From a virus (Duplodnaviria; Heunggongvirae; Uroviricota; Caudoviricetes), in the IMG/VR virus record IMGVR_UViG_2565956762_000001, positions 1 to 39,559 of that record: a stretch of 39,559 bases of DNA. One strand, 5' to 3'. The notes under the pieces are model-generated. The model was given only the letters and a program-made list of their open reading frames with translations, had not been told where the DNA came from and did not search any database. Numbering within the stretch: the first letter of the stretch is position 1; each line of letters begins with the position of its first letter. Positions 8,543 to 17,378 of this stretch are shown piece after piece. The position numbers and the translations under genes were made by a program.

Positions 8543-8842
8543 TCAAATAAGTGGTTTACTTCCTAATTTCATTTTCTGGCGACCAACACAAGTCACACCC
8601 ATTTCGCTGCGTGGCTTGCGGTAGTAAATACCGTTCTGTTTACGATCGACTTCTTCTGCCTTCTTGCAGCGAAGGCTTCCGAGTGATGCTGCTTTGTCTG
8701 CTCTGACGCAACCAGAGAGCTTTAGCGCAATTTTTCGCGCCAGTCGCTGCTCTTGCATTGCCTGTTCACGTTGAGCCTGTCTGCGTGCTCTGCGGCGATT
8801 TCTGGCGTTATCGTCAGCCAGATATGTAATGACTACTGTCAT
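8543..8842 (-). CDS. N: N-like transcription antiterminator
   Basis: 99-aa ORF; arginine-rich N-terminus (…NARNRRRARRQAQREQ…); C-terminus …GVTCVGRQKMKLGSKPLI resembles the lambda N C-terminus (…ITCSGRQKIKGKSIPLI); located immediately downstream of nutL. Confidence 0.8.
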   Translation of the reverse strand: MTVVITYLADDNARNRRRARRQAQREQAMQEQRLARKIALKLSGCVRADKAASLGSLRCKKAEEVDRKQNGIYYRKPRSEMGVTCVGRQKMKLGSKPLI

Positions 8843-8947
8843 GTTGACCTCCGATGATTGACTTTGGCGGTGACGCGCCGGGTGCTTATCTTCCGGTTGC
8901 CGTCGTGCAGCTGCACTTCACATCACCCCAAAGCCAACTACTCTTTG

Positions 8948-8990
8948 GTTCCCGCATTTCGGCGGGACAATCCCATCAATGTTAAAGAGC
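8948..8990 (-). promoter_or_regulatory. nutL (boxA + boxB hairpin)
   Basis: On the minus strand GCTCTTTAAC (boxA-like) then hairpin TCCCGC-CGAAAT-GCGGGA; the same two elements recur at nutR. Confidence 0.6.
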
Positions 8991-9036
8991 CTGCCAATCT
9001 GTTCCATTTGGCTTCCAGCGTCCTGCTGATGGCTTA

Positions 9037-9119
9037 AATTTAAGATCTCTTTAATTAATGGTCAAGAGTATTTTTGAAGAAAACTTAAATTTTCTTTCGT
9101 AACTTAAGTTTGGCTTTGA
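9037..9119 (-). promoter_or_regulatory. pL promoter with OL operators
   Basis: Minus-strand TTGACC (9060..9065) – 17 bp – TAAATT (9037..9042); operator-like 18-mers ATTTAAGATCTCTTTAAT (9038..9055), ACTTAAATTTTCTTTCGT (9083..9100), ACTTAAGTTTGGCTTTGA (9102..9119). Confidence 0.55.
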
Positions 9120-9130
9120 TTTTTAAAGGA

Positions 9131-9156
9131 AATAAAAAAAAGGGGCGAATGCCCCC
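9131..9156 (-). terminator. Intrinsic terminator immediately after the repressor gene (minus strand)
   Basis: GC stem ggggc-gaat-gcccc followed on the minus strand by a 9–10 nt T run; abuts the cI stop codon. Confidence 0.6.
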
Positions 9157-9807
9157 TTATGGAAGGTTTGCTAGTTTTGCATCGACAACTACGCCGATGA
9201 TTTTGCAGTTTCCGTTGATCTCGATCATCGGATATTGTGGGTTAAGTGGTTTTAGAAACTTCCTGCCTGCATCAATAACTAACTTCTTGAAAGTTGCCTC
9301 GTTTTCTCCTTCGAGCTTTGCAACTACCAGTTTCCCGTTACGCGGCTCTACTTCAGGATCGACGAGTATTATCATTCCTTCAGGGATACTGAGACCGGCC
9401 GGAGCCGTCATTGAGTCTCCCTTCACGTCCAACCAAAACGAATCTTCTGAACAGTCTACGGTTGTATCGTACCAGTTATCTATTGCACGCTTATGATATG
9501 GTTCTACAGCTTCCATCCAGCATCCTGCGCTCACCCAGCTAATCAGAGGGTATGACCCTCTTGGATCATGCCTACTGTGATAGGCAATGTTTGAAAGACT
9601 TTCCTCTCCTTTCATCAGATAGTCAGGGGAACACTTCAACGCATTAGCCAGGGCGAGAAGATTCTCTCCATTTGGCTCTGTCTCAGAGCGTTCCCACTGA
9701 GATATGGCAACATTAGACACGCCGACCATCTTTCCAAGTGCGGCCTGCCTGATCTTGAGTTCTTTTCTCCGAGCGCGAATGCGCTCTCCCATCAATTGAG
9801 TTTTCAT
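9157..9807 (-). CDS. cI: Prophage repressor, P22 C2 / phage-21 cI type (HTH + S24 LexA-like autopeptidase domain)
   Basis: 216-aa ORF MKTQLMGERIRARRKELKIRQAALGKMVGVSNVAISQWERSETEPNG… recognised as P22 C2-like; GDSM and VVAKL catalytic motifs present. Confidence 0.93.
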   Translation of the reverse strand: MKTQLMGERIRARRKELKIRQAALGKMVGVSNVAISQWERSETEPNGENLLALANALKCSPDYLMKGEESLSNIAYHSRHDPRGSYPLISWVSAGCWMEAVEPYHKRAIDNWYDTTVDCSEDSFWLDVKGDSMTAPAGLSIPEGMIILVDPEVEPRNGKLVVAKLEGENEATFKKLVIDAGRKFLKPLNPQYPMIEINGNCKIIGVVVDAKLANLP

Positions 9808-9873
9808 AGTTAAGACATCTTAAATAAACTTGACTTAAGATTCCTTTAGTGGATAATTTAAGTGTTCTTTAAT
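9808..9873. promoter_or_regulatory. OR3-OR2-OR1 operators with divergent PRM/PR
   Basis: Three 18-bp half-symmetric sites AGTTAAGACATCTTAAAT (9808..9825), ACTTAAGATTCCTTTAGT (9833..9850), ATTTAAGTGTTCTTTAAT (9856..9873); PR −35 TTGACT (9830..9835), 16-bp spacer, −10 GATAAT (9852..9857). Confidence 0.8.
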
Positions 9874-9887
9874 TTCGGAGCGAGTCT

Positions 9888-10073
9888 ATGTACAAGAAAG
9901 ATGTTATCGACCACTTCGGAACCCAGCGTGCTGTAGCTAAAGCGTTAGGCATTAGCGACGCAGCAGTCTCTCAGTGGAAGGAAGTCATCCCAGAGAAAGA
10001 CGCCTATCGACTGGAAGTCGTTACAGCTGGCGCCCTGAAGTATCAAGAAAGCGCTTACCGCAAAGCGGCATAA
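9888..10073 (+). CDS. cro: Cro (P22-type)
   Basis: 61-aa ORF MYKKDVIDHFGTQRAVAKALGISDAAVSQWKEV… recognised as P22 Cro-like; first gene downstream of PR. Confidence 0.93.
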   Translation: MYKKDVIDHFGTQRAVAKALGISDAAVSQWKEVIPEKDAYRLEVVTAGALKYQESAYRKAA

Positions 10074-10079
10074 GCAAAT

Positions 10080-10124
10080 TGCTCTTTAACAGTCATGGTC
10101 ATCATTCCCGCCGAAATGCGGGAA
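10080..10124 (+). promoter_or_regulatory. nutR (boxA + boxB hairpin)
   Basis: TGCTCTTTAA followed by hairpin TTCCCGC-CGAAAT-GCGGGAA; matches nutL. Confidence 0.6.
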
Positions 10125-10181
10125 TACAACGCGCATAATTTGATGCGCATAACTTCTTATTTGTTAAGGAAATACTTACAT

Positions 10182-10460
10182 ATGCAACTTACAAGTACTC
10201 GCAAGAAAGCGAATGCAATTACAAGCAACATCCTGAATCGAATTGCTGTACGTGGTCAGCGAAAGGTTGCCGACGCGTTAGGGATTAATGAATCGCAAAT
10301 TTCGAGATGGAAAGACAGCTTCATCCCAAAAATGGGAATGCTTCTGGCTGTTCTTGAATGGGGTGTTGAAGACGAGGAGTTGGCGGAACTGGCTAAGAAA
10401 GTAGCCAGAATGCTGACAAAAGAAAAAGCCCCGAAGAACGGCGAATTCTTCGAGGCCTGA
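10182..10460 (+). CDS. cII: CII-like transcriptional activator (P22 C1 type)
   Basis: Product from internal Met MQLTSTRKKANAITSNILNRIAVRGQRKVADALGINESQISRWK…; AAGGA RBS upstream; the upstream ORF extension covers nutR and is not coding. Confidence 0.8.
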   Translation: MQLTSTRKKANAITSNILNRIAVRGQRKVADALGINESQISRWKDSFIPKMGMLLAVLEWGVEDEELAELAKKVARMLTKEKAPKNGEFFEA

Positions 10461-10494
10461 TGTAGAAAGACTGGATCAATCCACAGGAGTAATT

Positions 10495-11139
10495 ATGACA
10501 TACGAAAATGACAAATTCCAGGTTCTGAAGAGCATGAAGGTGCCAGATGATTTTAAATCAAATGGCTTTGTTTATGTGCTTTCGAATGAGTGCATGCCAG
10601 GAATTTATAAGATTGGGATGACTAAGCATTCACCAGAAGTTAGGGCTAAAGAAATTTCAGCCTCTACTGGCGTTCCTAAGCCATTTAAGGTGATAGCAGC
10701 CTTTCATTCAAATAATCCCGCATCAGATGAAAAACTCATTCATAAAGCCTTTGCAAAAGAGAGGCTTAGTGATAATCGAGAGTTTTTCAAGCTTGAAGAT
10801 AATGATCTTTCTGAATCTCTAAATGAAATAAGGGCGCTGGTTGGCCCTGAAAGAAATGGCGAGACGGCAGAATACGCAATTTACGACTCATTCATTTCTT
10901 TTCGCCATGAAAATGAGCTTGATCTTAATGAGGAGCTTATAGAGCAAGGTCTGGGTAGTGTAGTTGGTCATCTTCCTGCGGTGAAAAATTTCCTTATTCG
11001 CGCCGGAATTGATTACGCGAAGCAACTGATAAGCAAATATAACTCATCGATAGTTATTAATACAGATGGCAGTGTGGTGATGGTTAAGTCTCTTGAAGCC
11101 CAATGCTTTGATGCGGAGGTTGGAAATGAGCCTGGCTGA
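10495..11139 (+). CDS. T5orf172-domain (GIY-YIG-like) protein inserted between cII and O
   Basis: 214-aa ORF with AGGAG RBS; N-terminal …GFVYVLSNECMPGIYKIGMTKHSPEVRAKEIS…REFFKL… fits the T5orf172/GIY-YIG-like pattern; 3' end overlaps the O start. Confidence 0.7.
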   Translation: MTYENDKFQVLKSMKVPDDFKSNGFVYVLSNECMPGIYKIGMTKHSPEVRAKEISASTGVPKPFKVIAAFHSNNPASDEKLIHKAFAKERLSDNREFFKLEDNDLSESLNEIRALVGPERNGETAEYAIYDSFISFRHENELDLNEELIEQGLGSVVGHLPAVKNFLIRAGIDYAKQLISKYNSSIVINTDGSVVMVKSLEAQCFDAEVGNEPG

Positions 11140-11968
11140 AGTATTTTACCTGCCGAAGAGTGAACCTGTTGAACAGGAGCGAAGAGTGGCTGATATCGAT
11201 GATGGTTACACCAGATTCGCTAACGAGCTGCTGGAAGCTATCGCAAGTGCCGATTTAACCGCTCGCCAGTTGAAAGTTATGCTGGCCTACGTCCGGAAAA
11301 CATATGGATTCAATAAGAAAACAGATCGAATAGCCGATGAGCAAATTGCTCAGTTAACAGGACTGTCAAGGCAGAATGTTAACAAGGCTAAAAAAGAACT
11401 GATTTCAATGAATTGCCTGTTTATGGATGGAAATCAAATCGGTGTAAATAGGGAGGTATCTGCGTGGCAATTCAGCAAGTGTCTCCAAGTTAGCAACTTT
11501 GTCTCGAAGTTAGAGACAAAAAGTGTCTCCAAATTAGAGACACTCAATGTCTCGAAGTTAGAGACACACAAAAGACATTCTTTAAAGACAAAAGAAAATA
11601 TTAATAAACCCCCTATATCCCCCAAAAAAGTTTCTCAGAAGTTCGACCCGCTAGAAACAGAGTTGCCTGATTGGTTATCAGCAGAAATATGGTTGTCGTG
11701 GGTTACCTATCGCAAGGAGATAGGTAAGTCGATCAAGTCTAAGCAAAGCGTCACTCAGGCTATCAACGTTCTAAGCAGAAGTCTGGAGAAGGGATATACA
11801 CCTGAAGAAATTATAAACCAGAGCATCGCCAGTGGTTGGCAGGGGATTTTTGAACCAAAGACTCCAAAGGGGAAATCTCAACCGAGGCCGCAGCAGCGAG
11901 CTATGCAGGAAAACTTTGCCGCCAAAGATTACGGGCAAACTGAAATGCCTTCATGGGCGCAGGAGTGA
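11126..11968 (+). CDS. O: Replication initiator, lambda O-like (contains ori iterons)
   Basis: Product from MSLAEVFYLPKSEPVEQ… with GGAGG RBS; iteron array inside the gene; followed immediately by the helicase-loader gene. Confidence 0.8.
   Translation: MSLAEVFYLPKSEPVEQERRVADIDDGYTRFANELLEAIASADLTARQLKVMLAYVRKTYGFNKKTDRIADEQIAQLTGLSRQNVNKAKKELISMNCLFMDGNQIGVNREVSAWQFSKCLQVSNFVSKLETKSVSKLETLNVSKLETHKRHSLKTKENINKPPISPKKVSQKFDPLETELPDWLSAEIWLSWVTYRKEIGKSIKSKQSVTQAINVLSRSLEKGYTPEEIINQSIASGWQGIFEPKTPKGKSQPRPQQRAMQENFAAKDYGQTEMPSWAQE
11481..11612. repeat. Replication origin: four iterons plus adjacent AT-rich segment
   Basis: Four ~17-bp dyad-symmetric repeats (gtctccaagttagcaac, gtctcgaagttagagac, gtctccaaattagagac, gtctcgaagttagagac) spaced about 23 bp, then an A/T-rich stretch. 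Confidence 0.75.
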
Positions 11969-11970
11969 AT

Positions 11971-12864
11971 ATGAATACGACAAATGGTTACAATCTGGCA
12001 CTGCAAAGGCAACTTGTAGACTCAAAAATCAATGACATTTCTGATCTGAAACAGAAACTTGAGTTTAGCAAAATTGGATCAGCATCAGATGGAATGTCAG
12101 TTACCAGCACAGTGGAAGAGTGCGAGAAACACGGTAAATATACTTCCTATGAGAAATATCTGACCATCTCAGGAAAAAGAATTACTTCAAGTAAATCTGA
12201 GTGCCCACAGTGCCTTGAGGAGAAAATTCGTAAGAAAGAGATTGAACGTGAGCAGGCAGAACAAAGAGCAAGACAATCAAAAATTGAATATTTGTTGAAT
12301 TCTCTCAATATTCCAGAGAGGTTCAAAAACTGCACTCTTCAGAATTATGAGCCTGTTAACGATGATGCAAAGCGAGTTCTTAAGGTATGCCAGGCATATG
12401 CCAGTAAGTGGCCTGAACGCCTTCAAAAAGGTGGCGGACTGGTCATGTGTGGTAAGCCTGGAACTGGAAAGAACCACCTTGCACTGGCTATCGCTAGGCA
12501 CGCCATTATCGAGCATCAAAGCTCTGTGATATTTACCACTGCGTTGAAAATTGCCAGAGAGTACAAATCAACATGGTCTAAGGCCGCAACCAGAACTGAA
12601 GAAGAAGTCATTAGGCAATTTACGCATCCTGACTTGTTAATAATCGATGAGGTTGGCGTGCAGTTCGGCAGTGATGCTGAAAAGCTAATCATGTTCGAAA
12701 TTATCAACACCAGATATGAATACATGAAGCCAACAATCCTGATTAGTAATCAGAGCAAAGATGAACTTTCGGCATTCATTGGTGAGCGTGTTATTGACAG
12801 GATGAATGATGGCGGCGGGTGCACCCTTGCGTTTACATGGGATAGTTACAGGAGCAGAACGTGA
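11971..12864 (+). CDS. DnaC/IstB-like AAA+ helicase loader (replication protein)
   Basis: Walker A GKPGTGKNHLA and Walker B LLIIDEVG; ATG 3 nt after the O stop with AGGAG RBS. Confidence 0.85.
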   Translation: MNTTNGYNLALQRQLVDSKINDISDLKQKLEFSKIGSASDGMSVTSTVEECEKHGKYTSYEKYLTISGKRITSSKSECPQCLEEKIRKKEIEREQAEQRARQSKIEYLLNSLNIPERFKNCTLQNYEPVNDDAKRVLKVCQAYASKWPERLQKGGGLVMCGKPGTGKNHLALAIARHAIIEHQSSVIFTTALKIAREYKSTWSKAATRTEEEVIRQFTHPDLLIIDEVGVQFGSDAEKLIMFEIINTRYEYMKPTILISNQSKDELSAFIGERVIDRMNDGGGCTLAFTWDSYRSRT

Positions 12865-13151
12865 CTGGAAAAGAAATCATCCTGGAATATCTGAAAACTC
12901 ATGAACAATTCTCCCCGCATGAATTAGCACTGATCACCGGAATACCAAATAACAGAATCGCTCAAGCAGCAAGGCATATGGTGAAACAAGGACATTTGAG
13001 TGTTGTTGAGCGTAAGTGGAAGACGGTTATTTATGCAAAACGCAAAGTGAAGAAGGAGCCAATTAAAAGAAATCCAGATGGTACGGGGTGGGGATGTGCA
13101 AATCCAATGACGGCGTTTATTAATAGGGCGCTTATGGAGGTAAGGCAATGA
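12861..13151 (+). CDS. Hypothetical protein (96 aa), possible winged-helix
   Basis: GTG start overlapping the upstream stop (GTGA). Confidence 0.5.
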   Translation: MTGKEIILEYLKTHEQFSPHELALITGIPNNRIAQAARHMVKQGHLSVVERKWKTVIYAKRKVKKEPIKRNPDGTGWGCANPMTAFINRALMEVRQ

Positions 13152-13176
13152 CCATCTACATCACTGAGCTAATAAC

Positions 13177-13208
13177 AGGCCTGCTGGTAATCGCAGGCCT
13201 TTTTATTT
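13177..13208 (+). terminator. tR2-like intrinsic terminator in the nin region
   Basis: Perfect 8-bp stem aggcctgc-(8 nt)-gcaggcct followed by TTTTATTT. Confidence 0.6.
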
Positions 13209-13223
13209 GGGGGAGAGGGAAGT

Positions 13224-13550
13224 GTGACTGACTGGCAAATTCCAATCATCATTCTTTCCGGAGCTTCGCTGGTTGCTGGCTTTATCCTGCTGAAAAAGCA
13301 TAAAGACCGTGATCAAAAAGTCGAAGTTCTCTATGGGTATCCAGCGAACAGCACAACATGGCTGACCATTTACCACTACCGAAAATCAGGCCGCTGGGTA
13401 TTCGAATGGGATGATCTGTTCGCTGAAAAGCGACCAAAGTCATGGGGAGACATCAGCGAATGCATGATGTTTGAAGAAAGAAAATCCGGCGCAACCCGAG
13501 AAGAATTTAACGAAGCGTGGGCGCGATTAAGTGAGAGAGGGTATTTGTGA
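13224..13550 (+). CDS. Hypothetical protein with N-terminal transmembrane helix (108 aa)
   Basis: GGGAGAGGGA RBS then GTG start; hydrophobic N-terminus IIILSGASLVAGFILL. Confidence 0.5.
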   Translation: MTDWQIPIIILSGASLVAGFILLKKHKDRDQKVEVLYGYPANSTTWLTIYHYRKSGRWVFEWDDLFAEKRPKSWGDISECMMFEERKSGATREEFNEAWARLSERGYL

Positions 13551-13747
13551 GCAAGTACGAAAAATTAGATCAAAACATTCTTTCAATGCTGAGTGAAAGA
13601 CCAACACCTGTTTTTGATATCTGGCTTAAATGGCGGAGCAATGGAATGTATATCGAAACCATCGATCGCCGTATGCAATACCTGAGAAAGAAAGGGCTTG
13701 TTGCAAATGTGCGTGGGAAGGGTTGGGTGAAAATTAACCTGTCATAA
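13547..13747 (+). CDS. Hypothetical protein (66 aa)
   Basis: Start overlaps the upstream stop. Confidence 0.45.
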   Translation: MSKYEKLDQNILSMLSERPTPVFDIWLKWRSNGMYIETIDRRMQYLRKKGLVANVRGKGWVKINLS

Positions 13748-13758
13748 CGGGGATTGAT

Positions 13759-14070
13759 ATGGACGAATCAAGAAAGCAGTTTGAAGAATGGTTTGAAAAT
13801 TACACCGGATGTGATCCTAAAAATAAAATATACGCCAATATGGTTGAGATGTATTGGCAAGCGTGGCAGGCATCGCGAGCAGCTATTGAACTGGATATCG
13901 ACTGGCCAGAATCGAATGACGACTTTTGGAAAGATGGTGAAGAAGGTGCTTATGCGATGGGTTATGAGGATGGGCGTGACAAAACGGTAATTGCAGTAAT
14001 GAAAGCTATCAGAGCCGCTGGAATTAAAGAGAAGAATTTCGATGAAGCAAACAATATTCCTCCGAACTAA
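13759..14070 (+). CDS. Hypothetical protein (103 aa)
   Basis: ORF in nin-region operon context. Confidence 0.5.
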   Translation: MDESRKQFEEWFENYTGCDPKNKIYANMVEMYWQAWQASRAAIELDIDWPESNDDFWKDGEEGAYAMGYEDGRDKTVIAVMKAIRAAGIKEKNFDEANNIPPN

Positions 14071-14452
14071 GCAACAACAGCAAGCCGCAATCAACGCCAT
14101 CCTCGCAACACCACTCGATAAAGACAAGCCAGTCACCATCCGCATTACTGACTACAAGCGCAACCTTGACCAGAACGCAAAATTTCACGCGATGCTGGCG
14201 GATATCGCACGTCAGGTTCAATGGTGCGATAAGTGGTTAAAACCAGAACAATGGAAGGTTTTGTTGATTAGCGGTCATGCAGTGGCAACAAACCTGGAAG
14301 CTGATGTTTTGCCCGGGCTTGAAGGCGAATACGTCAACATTCGCGAAAGCAGCGCGCAGATGAGCGTGAAGCGCATGGCAAGTCTGATCGAGTACACAAC
14401 AGCCTGGGCTATTGGTCAGGGTGTCAGATTTACCGACAGGAGGTACGAATGA
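14042..14452 (+). CDS. ninB: NinB-like recombination protein
   Basis: 136-aa ORF with …[22 protein letters not shown]…, resembling lambda NinB. Confidence 0.75.
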   Translation: MKQTIFLRTKQQQQAAINAILATPLDKDKPVTIRITDYKRNLDQNAKFHAMLADIARQVQWCDKWLKPEQWKVLLISGHAVATNLEADVLPGLEGEYVNIRESSAQMSVKRMASLIEYTTAWAIGQGVRFTDRRYE

Positions 14453-14625
14453 GACGACAGCGACGAAGTTTCACCGACATAATCTGCGAAAACTGCAAAT
14501 ACCTTCCAACGAAACGCTCCAGAAATAAACGCAAGCCAATCCCAAAAGAATCTGACGTAAAAACCTTCAACTACACGGCTCACCTGTGGGATATCCGGTG
14601 GCTAAGACATCGTGCGAGGAAATGA
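14449..14625 (+). CDS. ninD: NinD-like small Cys-containing protein (58 aa)
   Basis: Hand-translated [30 protein letters not shown]…; ATGA overlap with ninB; position and size match lambda ninD. Confidence 0.45.
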   Translation: MRRQRRSFTDIICENCKYLPTKRSRNKRKPIPKESDVKTFNYTAHLWDIRWLRHRARK

Positions 14626-14987
14626 CAATGGATTATTCACAGTTAAGTGATTTTGAAATTAACGTGGCGGTATTCGAAGCCATTCATAACGGATCACCGG
14701 ATTACAAAGAAGGTGAGAATGGCGCGATGGTGTTTATCTCATTTGAGGGAGACATTGTAAACGGAGACGCAGTTGAAGTAGAAGTTGAGCGCGGATCCTT
14801 TAACCCATGCGCAAACCCAGCAGACGCATGGCCGATTATTGAAAAATACAGGATTAGCATTATCAATCTCGATGAAGACGAGTGGGGTGCACGCGGTGTG
14901 GCCTACTGTAAATCTAAGCGAGCTATACATGAAAATCCCCTCCGCGCCGCCATGATTGTCTTTCTCATGATGCAGAGAATCCAATAA
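14622..14987 (+). CDS. Hypothetical protein at the ninE position
   Basis: Internal ATG (MTMDYSQ…) overlaps the upstream stop. Confidence 0.5.
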   Translation: MTMDYSQLSDFEINVAVFEAIHNGSPDYKEGENGAMVFISFEGDIVNGDAVEVEVERGSFNPCANPADAWPIIEKYRISIINLDEDEWGARGVAYCKSKRAIHENPLRAAMIVFLMMQRIQ

Positions 14988-15163
14988 TGCTTAGCCCATC
15001 CCAATCCATTCAATACCAGAAAGAAAGCGTCGAGCGGGCTTTAACGTGCGCTAACTGCGGTCAGAAGCTGCATGTGCTGGAAGTTCACGTGTGTGAGCAC
15101 TGCTGCGCAGAACTGATGAGCGATCCGAATAGCTCAATGTACGAGGAAGAAGACGATGGCTAA
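14987..15163 (+). CDS. ninF: NinF-like small zinc-binding protein (58 aa)
   Basis: Hand-translated [58 protein letters not shown]; matches my recollection of lambda NinF. Confidence 0.6.
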   Translation: MLSPSQSIQYQKESVERALTCANCGQKLHVLEVHVCEHCCAELMSDPNSSMYEEEDDG

Positions 15164-15767
15164 ACCAGCGCGAAGACGATGTAAAAACGATGAATGTCGG
15201 GAATGGTTTCACCCTGCATTCGCTAATCAGTGGTGGTGCTCTCCAGAGTGTGGAACCAAGATAGCACTCGAACGACGAAGTAAAGAACGCGAAAAAGCGG
15301 AAAAAGCAGCAGAGAAGAAACGACGACGAGAGGAGCAGAAACAGAAAGATAAACTTAAGATTCGAAAACTCGCCTTAAAGCCCCGCAGTTACTGGATTAA
15401 ACAAGCCCAACAAGCCGTAAACGCCTTCATCAGAGAAAGAGACAGCGACTTACCATGTATCTCGTGCGGAACGCTCACGTCTGCTCAGTGGGATGCCGGA
15501 CATTACCGGACAACTGCTGCGGCACCTCAACTCCGATTTGATGAACGCAATATTCACAAGCAATGCGTGGTGTGCAACCAGCACAAAAGCGGAAATCTCG
15601 TTCCGTATCGCGTCGAACTGATTAATCGCATCGGGCAGGAAGCAGTAGACGAAATCGAATCAAACCATAACCGCCATCGCTGGACTATCGAAGAGTGCAA
15701 GGCGATCAAGGCAGAGTACCAACAGAAACTCAAAGACCTGCGAAATAGCAGAAGTGAGGCCGCATGA
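15156..15767 (+). CDS. ninG: NinG/Rap recombination-promoting protein
   Basis: 203-aa ORF with Cys clusters; recognised as lambda NinG-like; ATG overlaps the ninF 3' end. Confidence 0.8.
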   Translation: MAKPARRRCKNDECREWFHPAFANQWWCSPECGTKIALERRSKEREKAEKAAEKKRRREEQKQKDKLKIRKLALKPRSYWIKQAQQAVNAFIRERDSDLPCISCGTLTSAQWDAGHYRTTAAAPQLRFDERNIHKQCVVCNQHKSGNLVPYRVELINRIGQEAVDEIESNHNRHRWTIEECKAIKAEYQQKLKDLRNSRSEAA

Positions 15768-15970
15768 CGTTCTCAGTAAAAACCATTCCAGACATGCTCG
15801 TTGAAGCATACGGAAACCAGACAGAAGTAGCACGCAGACTGAAATGTAGTCGCGGTACGGTCAGAAAATACGTTGATGATAAAGACGGGAAAATGCACGC
15901 CATCGTCAACGACGTTCTCATGGTTCATCGCGGATGGAGTGAAAGAGATGCGCTATTACGAAAGAATTGA
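15764..15970 (+). CDS. ninH: NinH-like protein
   Basis: 68-aa [40 protein letters not shown]…. Confidence 0.7.
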   Translation: MTFSVKTIPDMLVEAYGNQTEVARRLKCSRGTVRKYVDDKDGKMHAIVNDVLMVHRGWSERDALLRKN

Positions 15971-16613
15971 TGGCAGCAAATACCGAAATATTTGGGTAAT
16001 TGGCGATCTGCACGGATGCTACACGAACCTGATGAAAAAACTGGAGACGATAGGATTCGACACCAAAAAAGACCTGCTTATCTCGGTTGGCGATTTGGTT
16101 GATCGCGGTACAGAGAACGTCGAATGCCTGGAATTAATCACATTCCCCTGGTTCAGAGCTGTACGTGGAAACCATGAGCAAATGATGATTGATGGCTTAT
16201 CAGAGCGTGGAAACGTCAATCACTGGCTGTTTAATGGCGGTGGCTGGTTCTTTAATCTCGATTACGACAAAGAAATTCTGGCTAAAGCTCTTGCCCATAA
16301 AGCAGATGAACTTCCGTTAATCATTGAACTGGTGAGCAAAGGTAAAAAATATGTTATCTGCCACGCCGATTATCCTTGTGATGAATACGAGTTTGGAAAG
16401 CCAGTTGATCATCAGCAGGTAATCTGGAACCGAGAACGAATCAGCAACTCACAAAACGGGATCGTGAAAGAAATCAAAGGCGCGGACATGTTCATCTTTG
16501 GTCATACGCCAGCAGTGAAACCACTTAAATTTGCCAACCAGATGTATATCGATACCGGCGCAGTGTTCTGCGGAAATCTCACATTGATTCAGGTACAGGG
16601 AGAAGGCGCATGA
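15948..16613 (+). CDS. Ser/Thr protein phosphatase (lambda PPase / NinI type)
   Basis: Metallophosphatase motifs GDLHG, GDLVDRG, GNHE; start taken at internal [12 protein letters not shown]…. Confidence 0.9.
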   Translation: MRYYERIDGSKYRNIWVIGDLHGCYTNLMKKLETIGFDTKKDLLISVGDLVDRGTENVECLELITFPWFRAVRGNHEQMMIDGLSERGNVNHWLFNGGGWFFNLDYDKEILAKALAHKADELPLIIELVSKGKKYVICHADYPCDEYEFGKPVDHQQVIWNRERISNSQNGIVKEIKGADMFIFGHTPAVKPLKFANQMYIDTGAVFCGNLTLIQVQGEGA

Positions 16614-17233
16614 GACTCGAAAGCGTAGCTAAATTTCATTCGCCAAAAAGCCCGATGATGAGCGACTCACCACGGGCCACGGCTTCTGACTCTCTTTCCG
16701 GTACTGATGTGATGGCTGCTATGGGGATGGCGCAATCACAAGCCGGATTCGGAATGGCTGCATTCTGCGGTAAGCATGAACTCAGCCAGAACGACAAACA
16801 AAAGGCTATCAACTATCTGATGCAATTTGCACACAAGGTATCGGGGAAATACCGTGGTGTGGCAAAGCTCGAAGGAAATACTAAGGCAAAGGTACTGCAA
16901 GTGCTCGCAACATTCGCTTATGCGGATTATTGCCGTAGTGCCGCGACGCCGGGCGCAAGATGCAGAGATTGCCACGGTACAGGCCGTGCGGTTGATATAG
17001 CAAAAACAGAGCAGTGGGGGAGAGTTGTTGAGAAAGAGTGCGGAAGATGCAAAGGTGTCGGCTATTCAAGGATGCCAGCAAGTGCCGCATATCGCGCTGT
17101 AACAATGCTAATCCCAAACCTTACTCAACCCACCTGGTCACGCACTGTTAAGCCGCTGTATGACGCTCTGGTGGTGCAATGCCACAAGGAAGAGTCAATC
17201 GCAGACAACATTTTGAATGCGGTCACACGTTAG
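16610..17233 (+). CDS. Q: Late-gene antiterminator Q (lambda type)
   Basis: 207-aa [34 protein letters not shown]… recognised as lambda Q; followed by pR'. Confidence 0.95.
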   Translation: MRLESVAKFHSPKSPMMSDSPRATASDSLSGTDVMAAMGMAQSQAGFGMAAFCGKHELSQNDKQKAINYLMQFAHKVSGKYRGVAKLEGNTKAKVLQVLATFAYADYCRSAATPGARCRDCHGTGRAVDIAKTEQWGRVVEKECGRCKGVGYSRMPASAAYRAVTMLIPNLTQPTWSRTVKPLYDALVVQCHKEESIADNILNAVTR

Positions 17234-17266
17234 CAGCATGATTGCCACGGATGGCAACATATTAAC

Positions 17267-17313
17267 GGCATGATATTGACTTATTGAATAAAATTGGGTA
17301 AATTTGACTCAAC
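17267..17313 (+). promoter_or_regulatory. Late promoter pR' with downstream qut region
   Basis: TTGACT (17267..17272) – 17 bp – TAAATT (17290..17295), directly downstream of Q. Confidence 0.7.
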
Positions 17314-17340
17314 GATGGATAAATGCACTCGTTAAATAAA

Positions 17341-17368
17341 GCCCTGAGTTAATAGCTCGGGGCTTTTT
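17341..17368 (+). terminator. tR'-type intrinsic terminator in the late leader
   Basis: Hairpin gccctgag-ttaata-gctcggggc (one G·U) followed by TTTTT; about 40–65 nt from the predicted pR' start. Confidence 0.55.
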
Positions 17369-17378
17369 GCGTTACAAT

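Noticed and set aside
9110-9496. 128-aa plus-strand ORF overlapping the repressor gene, considered as a rex-like exclusion gene
   Set aside because: Lies antisense within the repressor coding region and starts inside the cI terminator; no room for a genuine gene between the repressor and pL.
10095-10181. N-terminal extension of the cII ORF (start at 10095)
   Set aside because: The extension covers the nutR boxA/boxB RNA element; the internal ATG at 10182 has an RBS and gives the expected size for a P22 C1-type protein.
11481-11564. Short direct repeats considered as a CRISPR-like array
   Set aside because: Only four repeats of about 17 bp with roughly 6-bp spacers, located inside the replication initiator gene; classic ori iterons.
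11953-11970. Upstream start (11953) for the helicase-loader gene
   Set aside because: It would overlap the O gene 3' end without an RBS; the ATG at 11971 has an AGGAG RBS and follows the O stop directly.
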